Part shown: one piece after another, positions 13,662 to 27,200 of the stretch | Layout: every line of letters starts with the position of its first letter | Position numbering within the stretch: position 1 is the stretch's first letter | From: Cetorhinus maximus | Lineage: Eukaryota | Assembly: GCF_964194155.1 (NCBI RefSeq) | Contig: NC_135893.1 | Coordinates: 58,404,001-58,468,000 of the forward strand | Reading direction: 5' to 3' | Length of the DNA: 64,000 bases | Translations under genes and position numbers: made by a program | Notes under the pieces: model-generated | Database searches by the model: none | Told to the model about the DNA's origin: nothing | What the model saw: only the letters and a program-made list of their open reading frames with translations

Positions 13662-14279
13662 CTGGAAAGCAGAAGACAGTTTGTAAAGATATTACAATCA
13701 TGTGTTTTGCATTTACAAGAAAAACATAAAAGATACCCACAAACATCAAGATGAAGAGGGACAAAACATCATTTTCTGGCAAAGTGTGCAGCATCACAGA
13801 ACTACAGAATCCTTCTTTTATGAATTCTCAATCAAAAATATTCCAACAGTGGGCTCTGAAAAATCTTGAGGGACTATTCACGAATAAAAAAAAGAACAAT
13901 CTTAAGTTGTACATCTCAAAAAAAGGATACATGATTCACTTTCAGTGAGGAAAGGCCATTAGATCCGGTGTGCCTTATCATCTTGGTCAAATGCATCTGT
14001 ATGACGATGGATAAAGGCACACAACATATTCTGATTCAAAATAGTTTTGAAGTCAAACACCAATAAAATTTAGCATCAATGACAGATCCATACACAGTCA
14101 ACACAAGGAGCTTAAAAACATTTCTGTGGACTGATATAAATTAATCTAACTTAAAAAGTACTGACGACATTTATCTTGGCATTCATGTCCAGAGCTCAAA
14201 ATAATAGAAACTGGTTGACATAATCTGGACTGTCCCGAAACTACCTGCAGCAATTCCACTGACCCAAGCAAGAGATCAA

Positions 14280-14575
14280 CAGGTTACTAAGTCTAATTAG
14301 TGCGCTTTAACCAAATAAAATTATAGGATAGAGCACTTGAGGTTGACACTACTGCAGCACTCTGGGGATGCATTAATTCCACTGTATCAAGTGGATGTTT
14401 ACAATGCCATGACATCTTCTAAAAAACTAGTTTTCCTAGCATCCTAACCAACATTTTTTGCCCCTTTAGTCAATAACAGATTAGTAGTTAATTATCTCAT
14501 TGCTGTTTGTGGGATCTTGCTGAGCACAAATCAACAGCATTTGGGACGGAATACTGTACGAATGCTTGTCTTTTT
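14280..14575 (+). mobile_element. Deu-domain SINE-like fragment
   Basis: attatctcattgctgtttgtgggatcttgctgagcacaaat core; other copies at ~49105-49760 (-) and ~53390-53610 (+). Confidence 0.65.
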
Positions 14576-15139
14576 TCAAATTGTATATAACCTATTCGAT
14601 TCAAAGTCAATTAATTCAATTATTCGAATTCACATCTTAAGCACTTAATTCCCACTTTTGATATTTACACTTAATTCAATACTGGGTATAACTTAAGTAC
14701 AAAAAATGGATGAATCAGAAGAGTAAAGATTTTAGATGCAATACAATAACCTTGTCAGACAATTTCAGTCAATGCCTCATCAAGTTTAAAGAATTTACAC
14801 TTAGATTCTCTAGTTCAGTAGTAACACATCACCATTAAAAGACAAATCTTCCTGCTTTGAAAGAGAGAGAAAATGCTGGAAATACTCAGCAGGTCAGGCA
14901 CCTGTGCAGAGAAACAGTTAAGATTTCATGTCGGTGACCCTCTAACTGCTGAGTGTTTCCAGCATTTTCAGATTACCAGCACCTGCAATATTTTGCTTCC
15001 TGCTTGGGACATGTGAAAATGCCCCAAGTTGCAACTAAATTAAGTCAAAAGCCTAAGAACTAACAAAATACATTATACCAAAAGAACTGTATATTATATT
15101 GCACAGGAATGCAACCAACATTCACCACCAGCAGGAGAA

Positions 15140-15955
15140 CAGGCACTTCATACATACAGCACAGAAAAAGGCCACTCTGCCCAAGTCCATTCAGGTGTTT
15201 ATGCTCCACACGAGTCTCTTCCCACCCTACTTCATCTAACCCCAATGTATCCTTCTATGTTTTTCCTCCTCATTTATATCCAGTTTCCCCTTAAATACAT
15301 CAATGCTTTTAGTCTCAGTTACTCCTTGTGCTAGCAAGTTTCACATTCCCACCACAATGGGTGAAGAAGCTTCTCCTGAATTCCTTAATGGATTAATTAG
15401 TGACTATCATTTTTATGGCACCTAGTTCTGGTCTCACCCTAACAAACCCTTAATAAATCTTAAAGCCTTGATCAGGTCACCTTCTCCAGTTTAACCTTTC
15501 CTGATAGCAGGGTCTAATCAAGCTTCTAAACCTTCTCAGCTTTTCAATTCTATTCCTCTAGAAATGAATCCCAATGCATGATTTGCCTTTTTTATGGTCA
15601 TCGGCATTGTTACATTTAATTTGTCGAACTGTACCCTCCAAATCCTTCTGGTCCCTGTAGATGTTGATTTTCAGAACAGTATGTGATCTCCTTATCCTCC
15701 TTATAAAATTATACCACCTCTCACTTTTCTACATTGAAGTTCATTTGCCAGCTATACATTATACACCCATTCCACAAGTTTATTTATACCTTTCTGTATT
15801 TTGTTACAGCCCTCCTATTAACTATAACCCCCAGTTTAGGGCACACTTTGAAATTGTGCTTCCAACACCAGTTTAGATCATTTATCATTGGTGAACAATA
15901 GTGGTCCCAGCACTGATCCTTGTGGGACATCCATTCTCAGTTTGCCAGTCTTATG
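15140..15955 (-). mobile_element. Degraded CR1 3' fragment
   Basis: CR1 3' UTR (acagcacagaaaaaggccact) and gtggtcccagcactgatccttgtgggac (reverse of VPQGSVLGP). Confidence 0.75.
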
Positions 15956-17467
15956 ACACTAGGTTTGAATCAATGGAACTTGAATTATCATAGTCTTACA
16001 ATATCAAGATGTGAAAACATGCTCCCTGCGTGTTAAATATAATAGTAACATGAAAAAGATGCAACAGGAAAACTTAAATATTAAAATGTTACTTTAAGGT
16101 AATTTACTTAAACTTAAGTTTTACATCTCTTCTCATACAAAGGAGCAGGAACAGAACTAGTTTATTTTGGATTAAATGCCACGCTTTCCCTGGTGTGAAT
16201 AGAATGGTATTACTTTGGAACGCTCCACATTTCCGGTTACCACTGACAGTATTAACTCTCATTGTAATAAAATGCCATTATATTCTTCCCAGCACATCCT
16301 CTTGAACTGTTAGAATATGCCCCCATCAAGAAATCACTATCCTCAAAATGCATTTACAGACTAACCAAAAATCACATTCAGGTACTCCTCCACAGATTGG
16401 TAATTTTGATAAGGTTCAGCCACTATGTCAAGTGATCACTTCCAGAAAGTTGATTTAGGGTTCAGACAACTGCCCCAACAGCATAAAGGCCAATTTAAAA
16501 AATATTTCACTAGACTCTGCTGTATTTATTTAGCTAGGTTCAGAAGGAGGTAAACAGAGAACATACAACATAAACAGTTGCAAGAAATGCATACTGCTGG
16601 TGCTTGGTAGGGCAGGACAGGGCAAAAACAAGAGAAAAATTAAGTCATAAGATTAAGATGGTCATAGAACACGACCATTACCAACTCCCAAGGGTTTACA
16701 GCTCAATTCTATTTGTGCATTATGCTTCTTGTTTTGAAAGGCTGTACCTGTTATGGATAAATACTAAGAATATCCATATTAGTTTACTTCTGAAGCTTGA
16801 GACACATGTAAATTAATGGGAATATCAATGTAAACTTTATAATATGGTCTATCTGTTGACCTAAACAGCCCACGAAGTCAAAGTAATGAACACTGTCTTA
16901 AAATTTAGAGATGTCAGATTTATTGGCAGTATTTCAGTAATAAGAGACTTGGGGTGACTGATTAGCTCATGAAAGGGACAAGATCTACCTGATGAATCAG
17001 ATTTGGCTTGGACTGCTATCAGCTAAGTTTGTTTGATGCACGATAACAAGAGGCGAACACAATGGGCAACAACGCAATGAGAGCCCAGTCTTGTCTCTTC
17101 CAGGTCAAAACCCCAGTTTTATCTATCGCATAAGGCACTCTATCCTTTAACTTTACAAAAAAGAATTCTAAAATGCAGTACAGCATATCTACAATTTTAT
17201 GCATTTGCTAGGTACTTTGCGATTATATTGAAACAACCAACGACCATCCATTGTTATTGCAGACATCCAGGCAGCTTGTTGTTTCCTCCAACACAATGGC
17301 ATATGCATATTCACAACATTCAAAATATTTGATAGGTTGATAAATTACAGAACTATGAGATACTGCAATACATTGTTGGCCTTAAATACTCACTAAAATC
17401 TTATCTGCTGCCATTCACATCTAAAATGAAAAACAAAAGGTTGCAGAGTGCATCTCCAGTTAACATT

Positions 17468-20465
17468 CGAACATATGAATTAGGAGCAGTAGGCCACTTG
17501 TCCCTTCAAGCCTGCTCCACCATTCAAGAAGATCATGGCTGATCTGATTGTAACCTCAACTCCACATTCCTATCTACCCCAATAAACTTTCACCCCCTTG
17601 TTAACCAAGAATCAATCTAGCTCTGTCTTAAAAATATTCAAAGGCTCTGCTTCCACTGCCTTTTGAGGAAGTGAGTTCCAAAGACTCTCGACCCTCAAAA
17701 AAATTCTCATTTGTCTTAAATGAATGATCCCTTATTTTTAAAAAGGTGGTTCCCCAGTTCTAGATTCTCCCACAGGAGGAAACATCCTCTACGCATCCAC
17801 CCTGTAAGGTTTCAATTAAGTCACCTCCTACTTTTCTAAACTCAGTGGATAGAAGCCTGGCCTGTCCAACCTTTCCTCATAAGACAACCCACCCATTCCT
17901 GGTATTAATCTAGTAAACCTTCTCTGAACTGCTTTTAATGCATGTACATATTTCCTCAAATAAGGAGAGCAATACTGTACACAGTGCTTCAGATATGGTC
18001 TAATCAGTGCCCTGTACAACTGAAGCATAACCTCCCTACTTTTGTAATCAATTCCCCTCACAATAAATGATAACATTCTTTTAGCTTTCCTAATTACTTA
18101 CCATACCTGCATACTAACCTTTTGAAATTCATGCACTAGGACACCCAGATCCCTCTGAATCTCAGAGCTCTGCAACCTCTCACCATTTAGATAATATTTT
18201 TCTTTTTTCTTCTTCCTGTCAAAATGGACAATTTCACATTTGCCCACACTATCCTCCACTGGCTAGATCTTTGCCCACTCACTTAACCTATGTCCTTTTG
18301 TAGCCTCCTAATGTCCTCTTCACAACTTACTTTCCTACCTATTTTTGTGTTGTCAGCAAATTTAGCAACCATACCTTCAGTCCCTTCATCCAAGTAATTT
18401 ATATAAATTGCAAGTTGAGGCCCCAGCACTGACCCCTGTGGCACACCAATTGTTACCTCCTGCCAATCAGAAAAAGACCCATTTATGCCAACTCTCTGCT
18501 TCCTGTCAGCTATCCAGCCAATCTTCTATCCATGCCAACATGTTAACTCTATACTATGAGCTTATATTTTCTGCAATAATCTTTGATGCGGCAACTTATT
18601 AAGTGCCTTCTGGAAATCCAAATACAGTAAATTCACCGGCTCCCCTTATTCCATAGGACATGCGACTCCTTCAAAGAACTCCAATAAATTGCTTTCACAC
18701 GATTTCCCTTTCACAAAACCATGCTGACTCTGCCTGATTGCCTTGAATTCATCTAGGTGCCCTGCTATAATTTCTTTATAATAGCTTCTAACATTTTCCT
18801 GATGACAGATGTTAAGCTAATTGGCCTGCAGTTTCCTGCTTTCTGTTTCCCTCCCTTTTTGATTAAGAGTTGCATCTGCTATTTTGCAATTGAATGGAAC
18901 CTTCCCTGAATCCAGGGAATTTTGGAAAATTAAAACTAATGCATCAACTATCAACACTAGCCACTTCTTTTTAAGATCCTAGGATGAAGTCCATCAGGAC
19001 CCGGGAACTTATCAGTCCACAGCTCCAACAATTTGCTCAGCATCACTTCCCTGGTGATTGCAATTTTCCCGAGTTCCTCCCTCCCTTCCATTTCCTGGTT
19101 TACAGTTATTTCTAGGATGTTACATGTATCCTCAATGGTGAAGACCAATGCAAAATGCCTGTTTAATTCACCTGCCACCTCATTTACCATTATTAATTCC
19201 CCAGACTCACTTTCTATAGGGCCAATGTTAACTCTAACTCTTTTCTTATTTAAATATCTATAGAAACTCTTACTATGTCTTTCTATTTCTAGTTATCTTT
19301 CTCTCGTACACTAATTTTTCCCTCTTTTTTAATCTTTGTCATTCTTTGCTGGTTTTTATATTTTGTTCAATCTTCTGACCTGACACCCTTCTTTGCGCTA
19401 TTATATGATTTTTCTTTAAGTTTGATACTGTCTTTAACTTTAATTAACCATGGATGGTGGGCCCTCCCCTTGGAATTTTTCTCTCTCATTAAAATGTATC
19501 TATTTTGCATATTCTGAAATATCCTTTTAAGTGTCTGCCACTGCATCTCTATTGACCTATCCCTTAACCTAATTTGCCAGTTCACTTTAGTTAGCTCTGC
19601 TTTCATGCCCTCAATCACCCTTATTGAAGTTTAAAATGCTAGTCTTGGACCCACTCTTCTCCTCAAACAGAATTTAAAATTGAATCATATTATGATCATT
19701 GCTACCTAGGGGTGCCTTCACTGAGGTTATAGAGGTGTCAGCTGTGGCTCAGTTCATAGCACCCTCGCCTTTGAATCAGAGGGTTGTGGGTTCATGTCCT
19801 ACTCCCGGAAACCAAGAACTGTGATTGTACTCGAAAGAGTTGCAATCTGTGACTGTTGATAACTCGAAAAAGTTTCACTGAGGTTATTAATTAATCCTAT
19901 CTCATTGCACAACACCTGGTCTATAGCTTGCTCTCTGGTTGCCTTCAGAATGTGCTGTTCTAAGAAACTATCCTGAAAACATATGAACTCATCTACACTA
20001 CCTTAGCTCACCTGATTTTTCTAGTCTATATGTAGGCAGGAATTCCCCATGTTTATTGCTATACCTTTCTGACAAACTCCCATTATCTCTTCCTTTATAC
20101 TCAGCCCTACCGTATAGTTACAATTAGGGGGCCTATACACCACTCCCACAAGTGACGCCCTGCCTTCTTCATTTCTCAGCTCAACCCAAAATGCTTCTAC
20201 GTCTTGGTTTCCTGAGCTTAGGTCATTCCTCTCTAATGTGCTAATAACATTAATTAACAGAGCCACTCTGCCACCTTTTCCTAGCTTCCTAAAGTCACAT
20301 ACCTTTCAATATTCAGGTCCCTGTCATCCTGTAGCCATGTCTTTAAAGGGTATCAGATTGTACTTGTTTATTTCTATTTGCACCATCAATTCTTCTGTTT
20401 TGTTTCAAATGCTACGTGCATTTAGATACAGAGCCTTTAGTTTTGTCATATTATTTTTGTAGCAT
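17468..20465 (-). mobile_element. Long degraded CR1 LINE covering endonuclease to RT and 3' UTR
   Basis: Frameshifted fragments: LVGVVYRPPN (endonuclease), KFPGPDGLHPRILK, SREVMLQLYRALIRPYLKHCVQYCSPYL. Confidence 0.9.
19731..19873 (+). mobile_element. 143-bp tRNA-headed mini-SINE inside the CR1, 14-bp TSD
   Basis: TTCACTGAGGTTAT at 19717-19730 and 19874-19887; A-box-like TGGCTCAGTTC and B-box-like GGTTCATGTCC. Confidence 0.8.
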
Positions 20466-20773
20466 CTAGTCTTACCTGATTTACTCAGAGCTATACTCTT
20501 TCTTCCTGTCAGTCAATTTATTATTTCCCATATTAGTAAGTCCATTATCCATTAATATTAAGTTCACTTCTGCTATAACTGTTACACAACCTCCTACTAT
20601 TCATTTAAATGTGAACATGCTTCTGCCTTGCATCTACTAAAGAACAAGATTGGATTGCATTTTAGCAATTAGCAGAGACCCCATCAGCTCTCAAAGGCAT
20701 CATTCTCAAGCTCTGAAGATGTCACTCCTTAACACACAGGTATATTTTGCATGAAAAAATTGCAGATACTTAC

Positions 20774-20873
20774 ATGACAAATGTTTTGCCTGCAGATTTC
20801 ACACCTCCAATAGGAATTCTTTTTATAATGACAGATGAATTCTTCGGGATTAAAGCATTATCATCCGTGTATT
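20774..20873 (-). CDS. RBBP6: RBBP6 coding exon 2 (DWNN domain C-terminal part)
   Basis: tttacag|AA TAC ACG...GTC AT|gtaagt; 100 nt; (E)YTDDNALIPKNSSVIIKRIPIGGVKSAGKTFV(I), in frame with exon 1; includes the PIGG di-glycine. Confidence 0.97.
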
Positions 20874-23800
20874 CTGTAAATTAAGGAAACCATTATTCTA
20901 CAGGTGTCAGATTACGAAGAATAACTTTCTCCCGAAATGTGTGATACAACTGCAGAATGCATGTCAATTTCATTCAATTGCTTTAATAAGCCACAAACTA
21001 TATGGATCAGACATCAGTTTCTTTCTAGGAAGAATGGTTTTTGGAGAGGAGGGTGTCACACTATTTTTGGTAATGTGGTGGGAGATTATCAACATAACAG
21101 TAAAATGTATTTTTTCCCAACAATTTGGAAGATGGTTGCTAGAGAAACAGAACTTATTTAATAAAATAAGTTCATTTAAACTGAAGAAAGTCAATCCAGT
21201 GGACTGGATTTGTTAAACCAAACAGCTTGTCAATTTAAAGTGCTTCTTGGGGGGTGTGGCGGGGGCAATCCCTAAAGCAATTTACTAGAAAGTTCTGTTG
21301 ATAAAAATGCAGTGCTGATTAATCTTGAATGAGCCCAAAGCAAGAGAGGACTTGAGCGCTGTGACACATCTTAATATAAAATAGTATTTCAACATGAAAG
21401 ATCTTCTATATGCACAGGAATCCTATGGTCTAAAACCACCTCATCAGCATCTTTCCTTTTCAGTTATTTTAGTTCTGACACTTGTAGAGCAAAGTGCCCA
21501 TTTTATTGCTCAACAGAAGTCTAGCAGATTGCTAGTTTCAATATGTCAGAAGCATGTGATCATGGAAGCCTTGTATGTGCAACAGGAGACAGTGGAACAG
21601 AACACATACGTCAAGCATCAAAGCACAATTTCCCCCAACTCTATTTGGGTTATAATGTTGTACACTGAAGTGAAAAGGTAGCCATCAAATTTTGAACTAA
21701 AGTAATAAAAGTTGAATTTTAAAAAAATATTTAACCATAAACACTGATTTTCCTACTGCATAATACTAAGTTTAACATAATTCATTTAGCAATCAAAACC
21801 ACGTGGCAACAAAGGCATCTGATTCCCTCATGGCACGAAGAGGATAACATAAATGAAATTTCCATTTTCTAAAATGTACTTTTCCCAAAGCAACCCTCTG
21901 AAGTTATATATATTTGTATAATACTAAATTGTGTGGTACTTTTACTGACACAAGCTTTTCTACTTATGATTTTGCAAACTGAATTTAAATTTTAAAACTG
22001 CCAATTCTCTAGAATATTGTTTAAGGTACATGGGTTACAAGTTCAATGGCATAACTGCAACTTGCATGAGACCACAGGCTAAATAAACTTGTTAAATTAC
22101 TATTTGATTTCCTCTGATGTCACAAAACATAGCATTCCTGCCCTCAGTAAATCAGAAGATGTCATTTAATATTTAAACAGGAGGAAAATATTTTGCTTCA
22201 AAGGAGCATAAGAAAACCCAATTAAAATGTAATAGCTGTTTTGTCAGAGAATTTTGCAAATCACCGAATGGTGTCTCCAAATCAGAGCAAAAGTTTAAAC
22301 AACTGGTCTTCCCTTTTGAAGATGAACTTTCGGATGATTGCAGATGACTCCTGGTTGGTCAGCTCCCTACCCTTATGCTTCTTCTCCCCAAATCTCCTCG
22401 CTTCCACTATTTAAGCTCCCTGGCTCTAATGGCGAGTGCCTTTTAGTCCTAACTCCAAGTTAATTGCTAGTTTAAATGACCACTATACTATCACTGACCA
22501 CACTGGCTCTCGTTTTCCCCAGCAAGCACTGTTTTTTTCTCTCCCTCAAATTTGGACTTCTCTGAACATTAAGTTTATGCTTCTGCACTGCAGCATGCTA
22601 AAATTTTTCACCAGGATACCGTCACTGCTTTTCTCCCTCAGCCTCTGCACCGAGGGGCTTCTCATACTTGGTGATTTCAAATTCCATCTCAACATGCTCT
22701 CTCTTCTCAGAGTTCAGTGTACCCCATCCTTCCTTAATCTCTCCCTTCAGATAAACTTCCCAATCCATATTCACAGCCATCCCATTGAACTTGCCTTCTC
22801 AAATGGCCTCACTTCTCCCATTGTGTAAATCACGCAAGACCATTTCAAATGACTTCCTTGTATCCCTCTCCTCTCACATCCCCTTCCCATTAACCCGGCC
22901 CCTGGGAAGGGAAAAAACTCTCCCCGGTTCATTTAAACCTGTACTTTGAAATCATTCACCTCGATACATCTGCTATCAATCTGCTCATGCACATTCTCAC
23001 CTCATCCACTGAAGCCCAAATCTTCATTACAACCATTTACCTTTCACACTGGGCCCTCCCCATGGTACAACCTCTATTCTGACCCCCTCAAGCCCAAGGG
23101 ATGCAGACTGGAGTGGATACTTTAGACAACCAGTTTAGCCATTCACCTACAGATCTTGCAGGACCATGTAAAACATTATTGGGTCGTTTTTTTCATCTGC
23201 CAAAACAGCTCCCTATTCCAGGACCATCCTGGGATGTAAAGAAAAGCCCCAGCTTCTTTTCTCTACAAGCAAACCGTCTTAAGACCCTCTCTCCATCCTC
23301 TCTATGCTCAGCTCCAACATGCAAGGAGCTCAAGGACTTTGTTACTAAGATTGAGAACAGCCAAGTAGGTACCTCTGCCTTCCCTTTTCCTAGCCCACCA
23401 GGTTAAACCTTACCTAAGAGCTACCTACACCCTCCCGTCCCAAACCCTGAACTTGCTCTTTCGCTACTTTTTTCTCTCTCTCAAAGCTCACCTTGTCCTC
23501 CTGCTCCCTCAACCCTATTCCCACTAAGCCGTTGATCACCCCATGTCCCACCCTGGCCTCCGTGATAGTTGGTATTACCTGCTCTCTGTTCCCCTCCCTT
23601 CAAATCTGCCATCATCGCGCCCTTAAAAACCCAACCCTTGAACCCCTTCAGCCTTGCAAACTTCTGCCCCATTTCCAACCTCCTATTTCTCTGCAAAAAT
23701 CCTTTAACATAATGTCAACTCTCAAATTCATGCCTATATCATTGATATATTAAAGGCGGGAGTTAGACCTTAAACTTTTGATCAAAGGTTTTAGTCAAAG

Positions 23801-24280
23801 GTTACGGGAACGGGCAAGAAAGTGGAGTTAAGGCCACAATGAGATCAGCCACGATCTTGCCGAATGCAAACGTGAGACACCAAATGAGCTACCACTTCTG
23901 CTATTTCTCATATGATTCCAGGAACTCAATCCCTTCAATCAGGTTTCTTCCCTCACAGCATCAAAAGTATTCAAAGACACAGACAATATCCTATGTGGCT
24001 GGAATATTGTTAAACTATCCCTCCTCAGCCTTTCTGACCTGTCTACAGCCTTTGACACAGTTGACCACACTACCTGCCTTCAATGTCATACCTGCCAGGA
24101 ATGCACTCGCCAGGTTCCATGCTTATCTATTCAGTCATCAACTGCTCCTGTACTCTTACCTCTGGTGTCTCTATCAGAGCCTAAGCCAGACATTTATCAA
24201 TCTGTTTCATATTTGACCCAGAGAACAACTTCAGACCATATATCCTAGCCATCATTAAGGCTATTTTCATTTGCGTAACG

Positions 24281-24628
24281 GGGGAGGTGGTGACATAGTC
24301 ACAGGACTAATATTCTAGAGACTCAGGGTAATGCTCTGGGGACTTGGGTTCGAATCCCACCACGGCAAATGGTGAAATTTGAATTCAATAAAAACCTGGA
24401 ATTAAAAGCCTGATGACGGCCATGAAACCACTGCCAATTGTCATAAAAGCCCATCTGGTTCACTAATGTCCTTTAGTGCTGTCCTTACCTGGTCTGGCCT
24501 ACATGCAACTCCAGACTCACAGCAATGTGGTTGGCTCTTAAATGCCCTCTGAACAAGGGCAAGTAGGGATGGGCAATAAATGCTGACCTAGCCAGCAACG
24601 CCCACATCCCATGAACAAATTAAAAAAC
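24281..24628 (+). mobile_element. tRNA-derived SINE with a LINE-derived 3' tail
   Basis: B-box GGTTCGAATCCC; tail gggatgggcaataaatgctgacctagccagcaacgcccacatcccatga plus A-run; related copies at 51955-52320 and 55775-56170. Confidence 0.85.
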
Positions 24629-24631
24629 ATT

Positions 24632-24784
24632 AAGATAAAAGCAAAATACTGCGGATGCTGGAAATCCAGAACAAAAACACCTGGAAAAACTCAGCAGGTC
24701 TGACAGCATCTGCAGAGAGGGATACAGTTGACGTTGAGTCCGTATGACCCTTCATCAGAACTAAGAAATATAGAAATGAGCAAA
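24632..24784 (-). mobile_element. Penelope-like element terminus with a damaged hammerhead motif
   Basis: TSD AAAAAACATT (24622-24631, 24785-24794); minus strand AGTT-CTGATGA-AGGGTC-ATACG-GACTC-AACGTC-AACT, with the GAAA core shortened. Confidence 0.8.
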
Positions 24785-24878
24785 AAAAAACATTGCCTGA
24801 CTCTGCCCCTGCCTCAGTTCGTCTGATACTGAGACCCTCACCCATACCTCTGAACTCAAGACGACTATTCCAAAACAC

Positions 24879-25843
24879 TCATTTCACATACCCATTACAT
24901 CAAACTGGAAAAATCATACACGGAGTGGAGTCCTGAAATTAAGGAACTCAAGATCATAAAATACCTCCAATAATGACTTAAGTTCTAACCCCCATAAATT
25001 TGGAGTCATCTAAAACTTTGCTGCTCATGTTTAAACTCGCCCAAGTCCCATAACCCATGCTCATTGGCCTACAGTGTCTTCGATTAAACAATGCCCGATT
25101 TTACAATTGTCATCCTAGTTTATAAAATCCACTATGGGCTTGCCTCCCATCTCTAATCCCCAACTCTCATATCTGCGCTCGTTCGATTCTAGCCTCTTTA
25201 ACAATTCCAATTTTAAATGCTTCCATGAGCCGCCATGCCTTCAGTTGCCAAGACCCTGAGCTCTTTAAATTGTATGGTCCGGGATTTGTAGAAATAAAAT
25301 AGCCTGGTATGTTGTTTAAACTATTTTCTCAGTCCCAAAACAACCCAAAGTAAAAATGTGGCTGTTTTTAATTTTTATCTTATTGGCTATTTAAACGAAA
25401 CCAATTTTAAAAACACAGGGATATAAATGACTGGTATACACTGATGTCCAATGCCACTAATACATGGCCTAGTCACTACACCTATCAGGCATACAGAAGA
25501 CAATGGAACAAGGTGGGGGGGAAAGAAGAACCAGGCAATACTTTACATGTGGGAAATAAATAATAAAGCAGTTATAGAAAGAGCAAGAACTTCTCAGGTT
25601 ACAATTTATTACTGCAATCCCCATCAGGTTTTCCAAGAGGCGGATAAAATTATGTGGAGCCAAATGCTATTTGACAAAGTAGCATTAAAATGCCACCATA
25701 TTTATAAACTCTCAAAATAAAATCAAACTCCAGTAGAATTTCATATCACATACCCATCACATCAAACTGGAACAATCATACACACTGAGTGGAGTCCTGA
25801 AATTAAGGAACTCAAGGTCATAAAATAGCTCCTATAATTACTT
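24879..25843 (+). repeat. ~100-bp imperfect direct repeat (24879-24979 and 25741-25843)
   Basis: Shared cacatacccat.acatcaaactggaa.aatcatacac...gagtggagtcctgaaattaaggaactcaag.tcataaaata. Confidence 0.9.
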
Positions 25844-26184
25844 TTTTCTCCAATTCAAACTGGAAAATATATAAAGTTACACACATTTCTTGAAATATTC
25901 TTCAACTTGTAGCAGGCAACACAAGAACCAGCATAAATCACATAAGATCAACATGCAAAGACTCAAAGACCAAACTCTTTTGAAATTATGCACCAATATA
26001 TCTAGCTGGTCCAATGTACTGCATCATTGTTTATTCCACTGGGTCAAGATCAAATGAAGAGACACATAACCCATTTAATTTTCTTGTTTGAGAACTCACT
26101 ACTAAAACAAGACATCTTAAATTACATTGCACATACACCAAACAGATTTAATAAAAGAGCACGTATGATGGCTGGCTTGTCACA

Positions 26185-27200
26185 TATCACAATAACTTCA
26201 ATTTATATAACACCATTAACGTGGTAAAACATCCCAAGGTGCTTCACAGCAGTGTAATCAGATAAAAATTGACATTGTGAAAGGAGACGACACTAGGACA
26301 GGTGACCAAAAACTTGGTCAAAGACATAGGTTTAAGAAATTTCAACGACAAGAGGTGGAAAGGTGTTGGAAGGGAATTCAAGGGCCTGAAAGCATGATCA
26401 TCAATGGAGGGTGAACAAAGTGTGGGATGCATTAGAGAGCACAGTTCTTTGAAGACTCTTAAGTCCTAAAAAGACGAGGAGAGAACCGGTTGAGGGATTC
26501 AAATAATATCAGAATTTTAAAATTGAAGTGTTACAGGATTTGTTAGTGTTTGGTGGTGATGATGAATGGAACTTGGCTAACTTTGGAAAGGGTACCTAAG
26601 TCTAGGATGAGCTTAAGTTTATGGAGACAGACCAACCAACAGAACAGTGGAATTAGTTAAGTTCAAGTATGAAGTCAAGGCTGTGAACAGCCTGCTTCTG
26701 CCCGATACATTGGCCAGGAAGGCAGATTAAATCAGTGGCAAGGGAGTGCAGTTTGCGGCAGTGACTAATCACAACAGCTTTGATCTTCCCAATATTTAGC
26801 AGGGAGAAATTTCAGCAGCCTGACAACAGTCAGTAGAGAGGTCAAGAGAAATGTTGGTGAAATAGAGCTGGGTGTTGTCAACACACACATGGAACTCGAT
26901 GTTGTGTTATGGATGGTTTAACAATTACATTACAAAGACTATGCTTAGGGAGAGTTTCATTGTCTGTAATATGATTCTGGATGTCCTGTGAAAGGTGTTA
27001 GGTGCAAGTCTTAAGCCTTTCATATCTGCAAAATATTGTAGGAGTGGCAAAGAATAGATCCCATGGAACTCGATATAACTTTATGGAAGCATGAGAAGCC
27101 ATTGCAAGACATTCTTTGATGATGACTCCATAGGTAAGAGTGGAACCAGGTGAGGGTAATCTCAATTAGCTGGACAGAGGCAGCACATTGGAAGATGATT
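26185..27200 (-). mobile_element. Degraded L2 3' fragment
   Basis: L2-type tail in reverse (atttatataacaccattaacgtggtaaaacatcccaaggtgcttcacag) and following body. Confidence 0.7.

Larger units (their letters stand above)
22560..25265 (+). mobile_element. Degraded L2-type LINE carrying several nested insertions
   Basis: LLILGDFKFHLN (endonuclease), ttgacctgtctacagcctttgacacagttgaccac (DLS.AFDTVDH), L2-like 3' end gccatgccttcagttgcc. Confidence 0.8.

Noticed and set aside
24281-24370. tRNA gene (GGTTCGAATCCC)
   Set aside because: Head of a multi-copy SINE; continues into SINE body and no convincing cloverleaf.
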